In this document: in pieces, positions 63,885 to 64,000 of the stretch
Position numbering within the stretch: the first letter of the stretch is position 1
Layout of the letters: every line of letters starts with the position of its first letter
DNA from: Spironucleus salmonicida
Lineage: Eukaryota
DNA: 64,000 nucleotides
Reading direction: 5' to 3'
NCBI RefSeq assembly: GCF_000497125.1
Contig: NC_090596.1
Coordinates: 682,001 to 746,000, forward strand
Translations under genes and position numbers: made by a program
The notes under the pieces: generated by a model
The model's database searches: none
Told to the model about the DNA's origin: nothing
What the model saw: only the letters and a program-made list of their open reading frames with translations

Positions 63885-64000
63885 GAAGATGAATATTTAC
63901 TAAATTATATATAATAATAAGATATTGATTGGGTGAAAGTGAATGGAGTGGAATGGAATGGAATTACGATGCAACGTTATAAAAATGTCAGCTATGTGTG

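Noticed and set aside
63945-63965. GGAAT repeats as satellite or telomere
   Set aside because: Only three to four imperfect units. Better explained as the C-rich upstream element of the minus-strand gene.
1-64000. Widespread pseudogenisation or many tiny genes, as the ORF track implies
   Set aside because: In-frame TAA/TAG are Gln codons and the fragments join into full-length proteins. Most other track ORFs are shadow frames of GC3-rich genes.
1-64000. CRISPR array, rRNA or prokaryotic operon
   Set aside because: No regularly spaced direct repeats or rRNA signatures were seen, and gene content is eukaryotic.

Overview
This is eukaryotic protist DNA with compact genes, apparently intronless, that use TAA/TAG = Gln and TGA as the only stop (translation table 6). 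The source is most likely a hexamitid diplomonad (Spironucleus/Hexamita/Trepomonas group). The supplied ORF track uses the standard stops and therefore fragments almost every gene. Re-reading with table 6 gives about 35 distinct genes: CFAP57-like, APRT, DNAI1-like, an 1121-aa nucleotidyltransferase with a HECT-N-lobe-like tail, an SDR, GDPD-like, LRRC56, an MFS transporter, DOA1/PLAA, BPI-like, a palmitoyl-protein thioesterase, VPS4-like, ARL6-like, ATAT1, GET4-like, RPL35A, CBF5 and MZT1, plus one tRNA-Val. About 45% of the window (2 x 14,481 bp) lies in six near-identical inverted repeat pairs. Several of their breakpoints cut genes and show imperfect microhomology, a fold-back/template-switch signature. 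That could be real rearrangement biology or whole-genome-amplification/long-read chimerism, and the sequence alone cannot decide. The best candidate for a new protein system is the NTase-HECT-like fusion. All translations and family calls were made by eye from motif recall; no searches were run.
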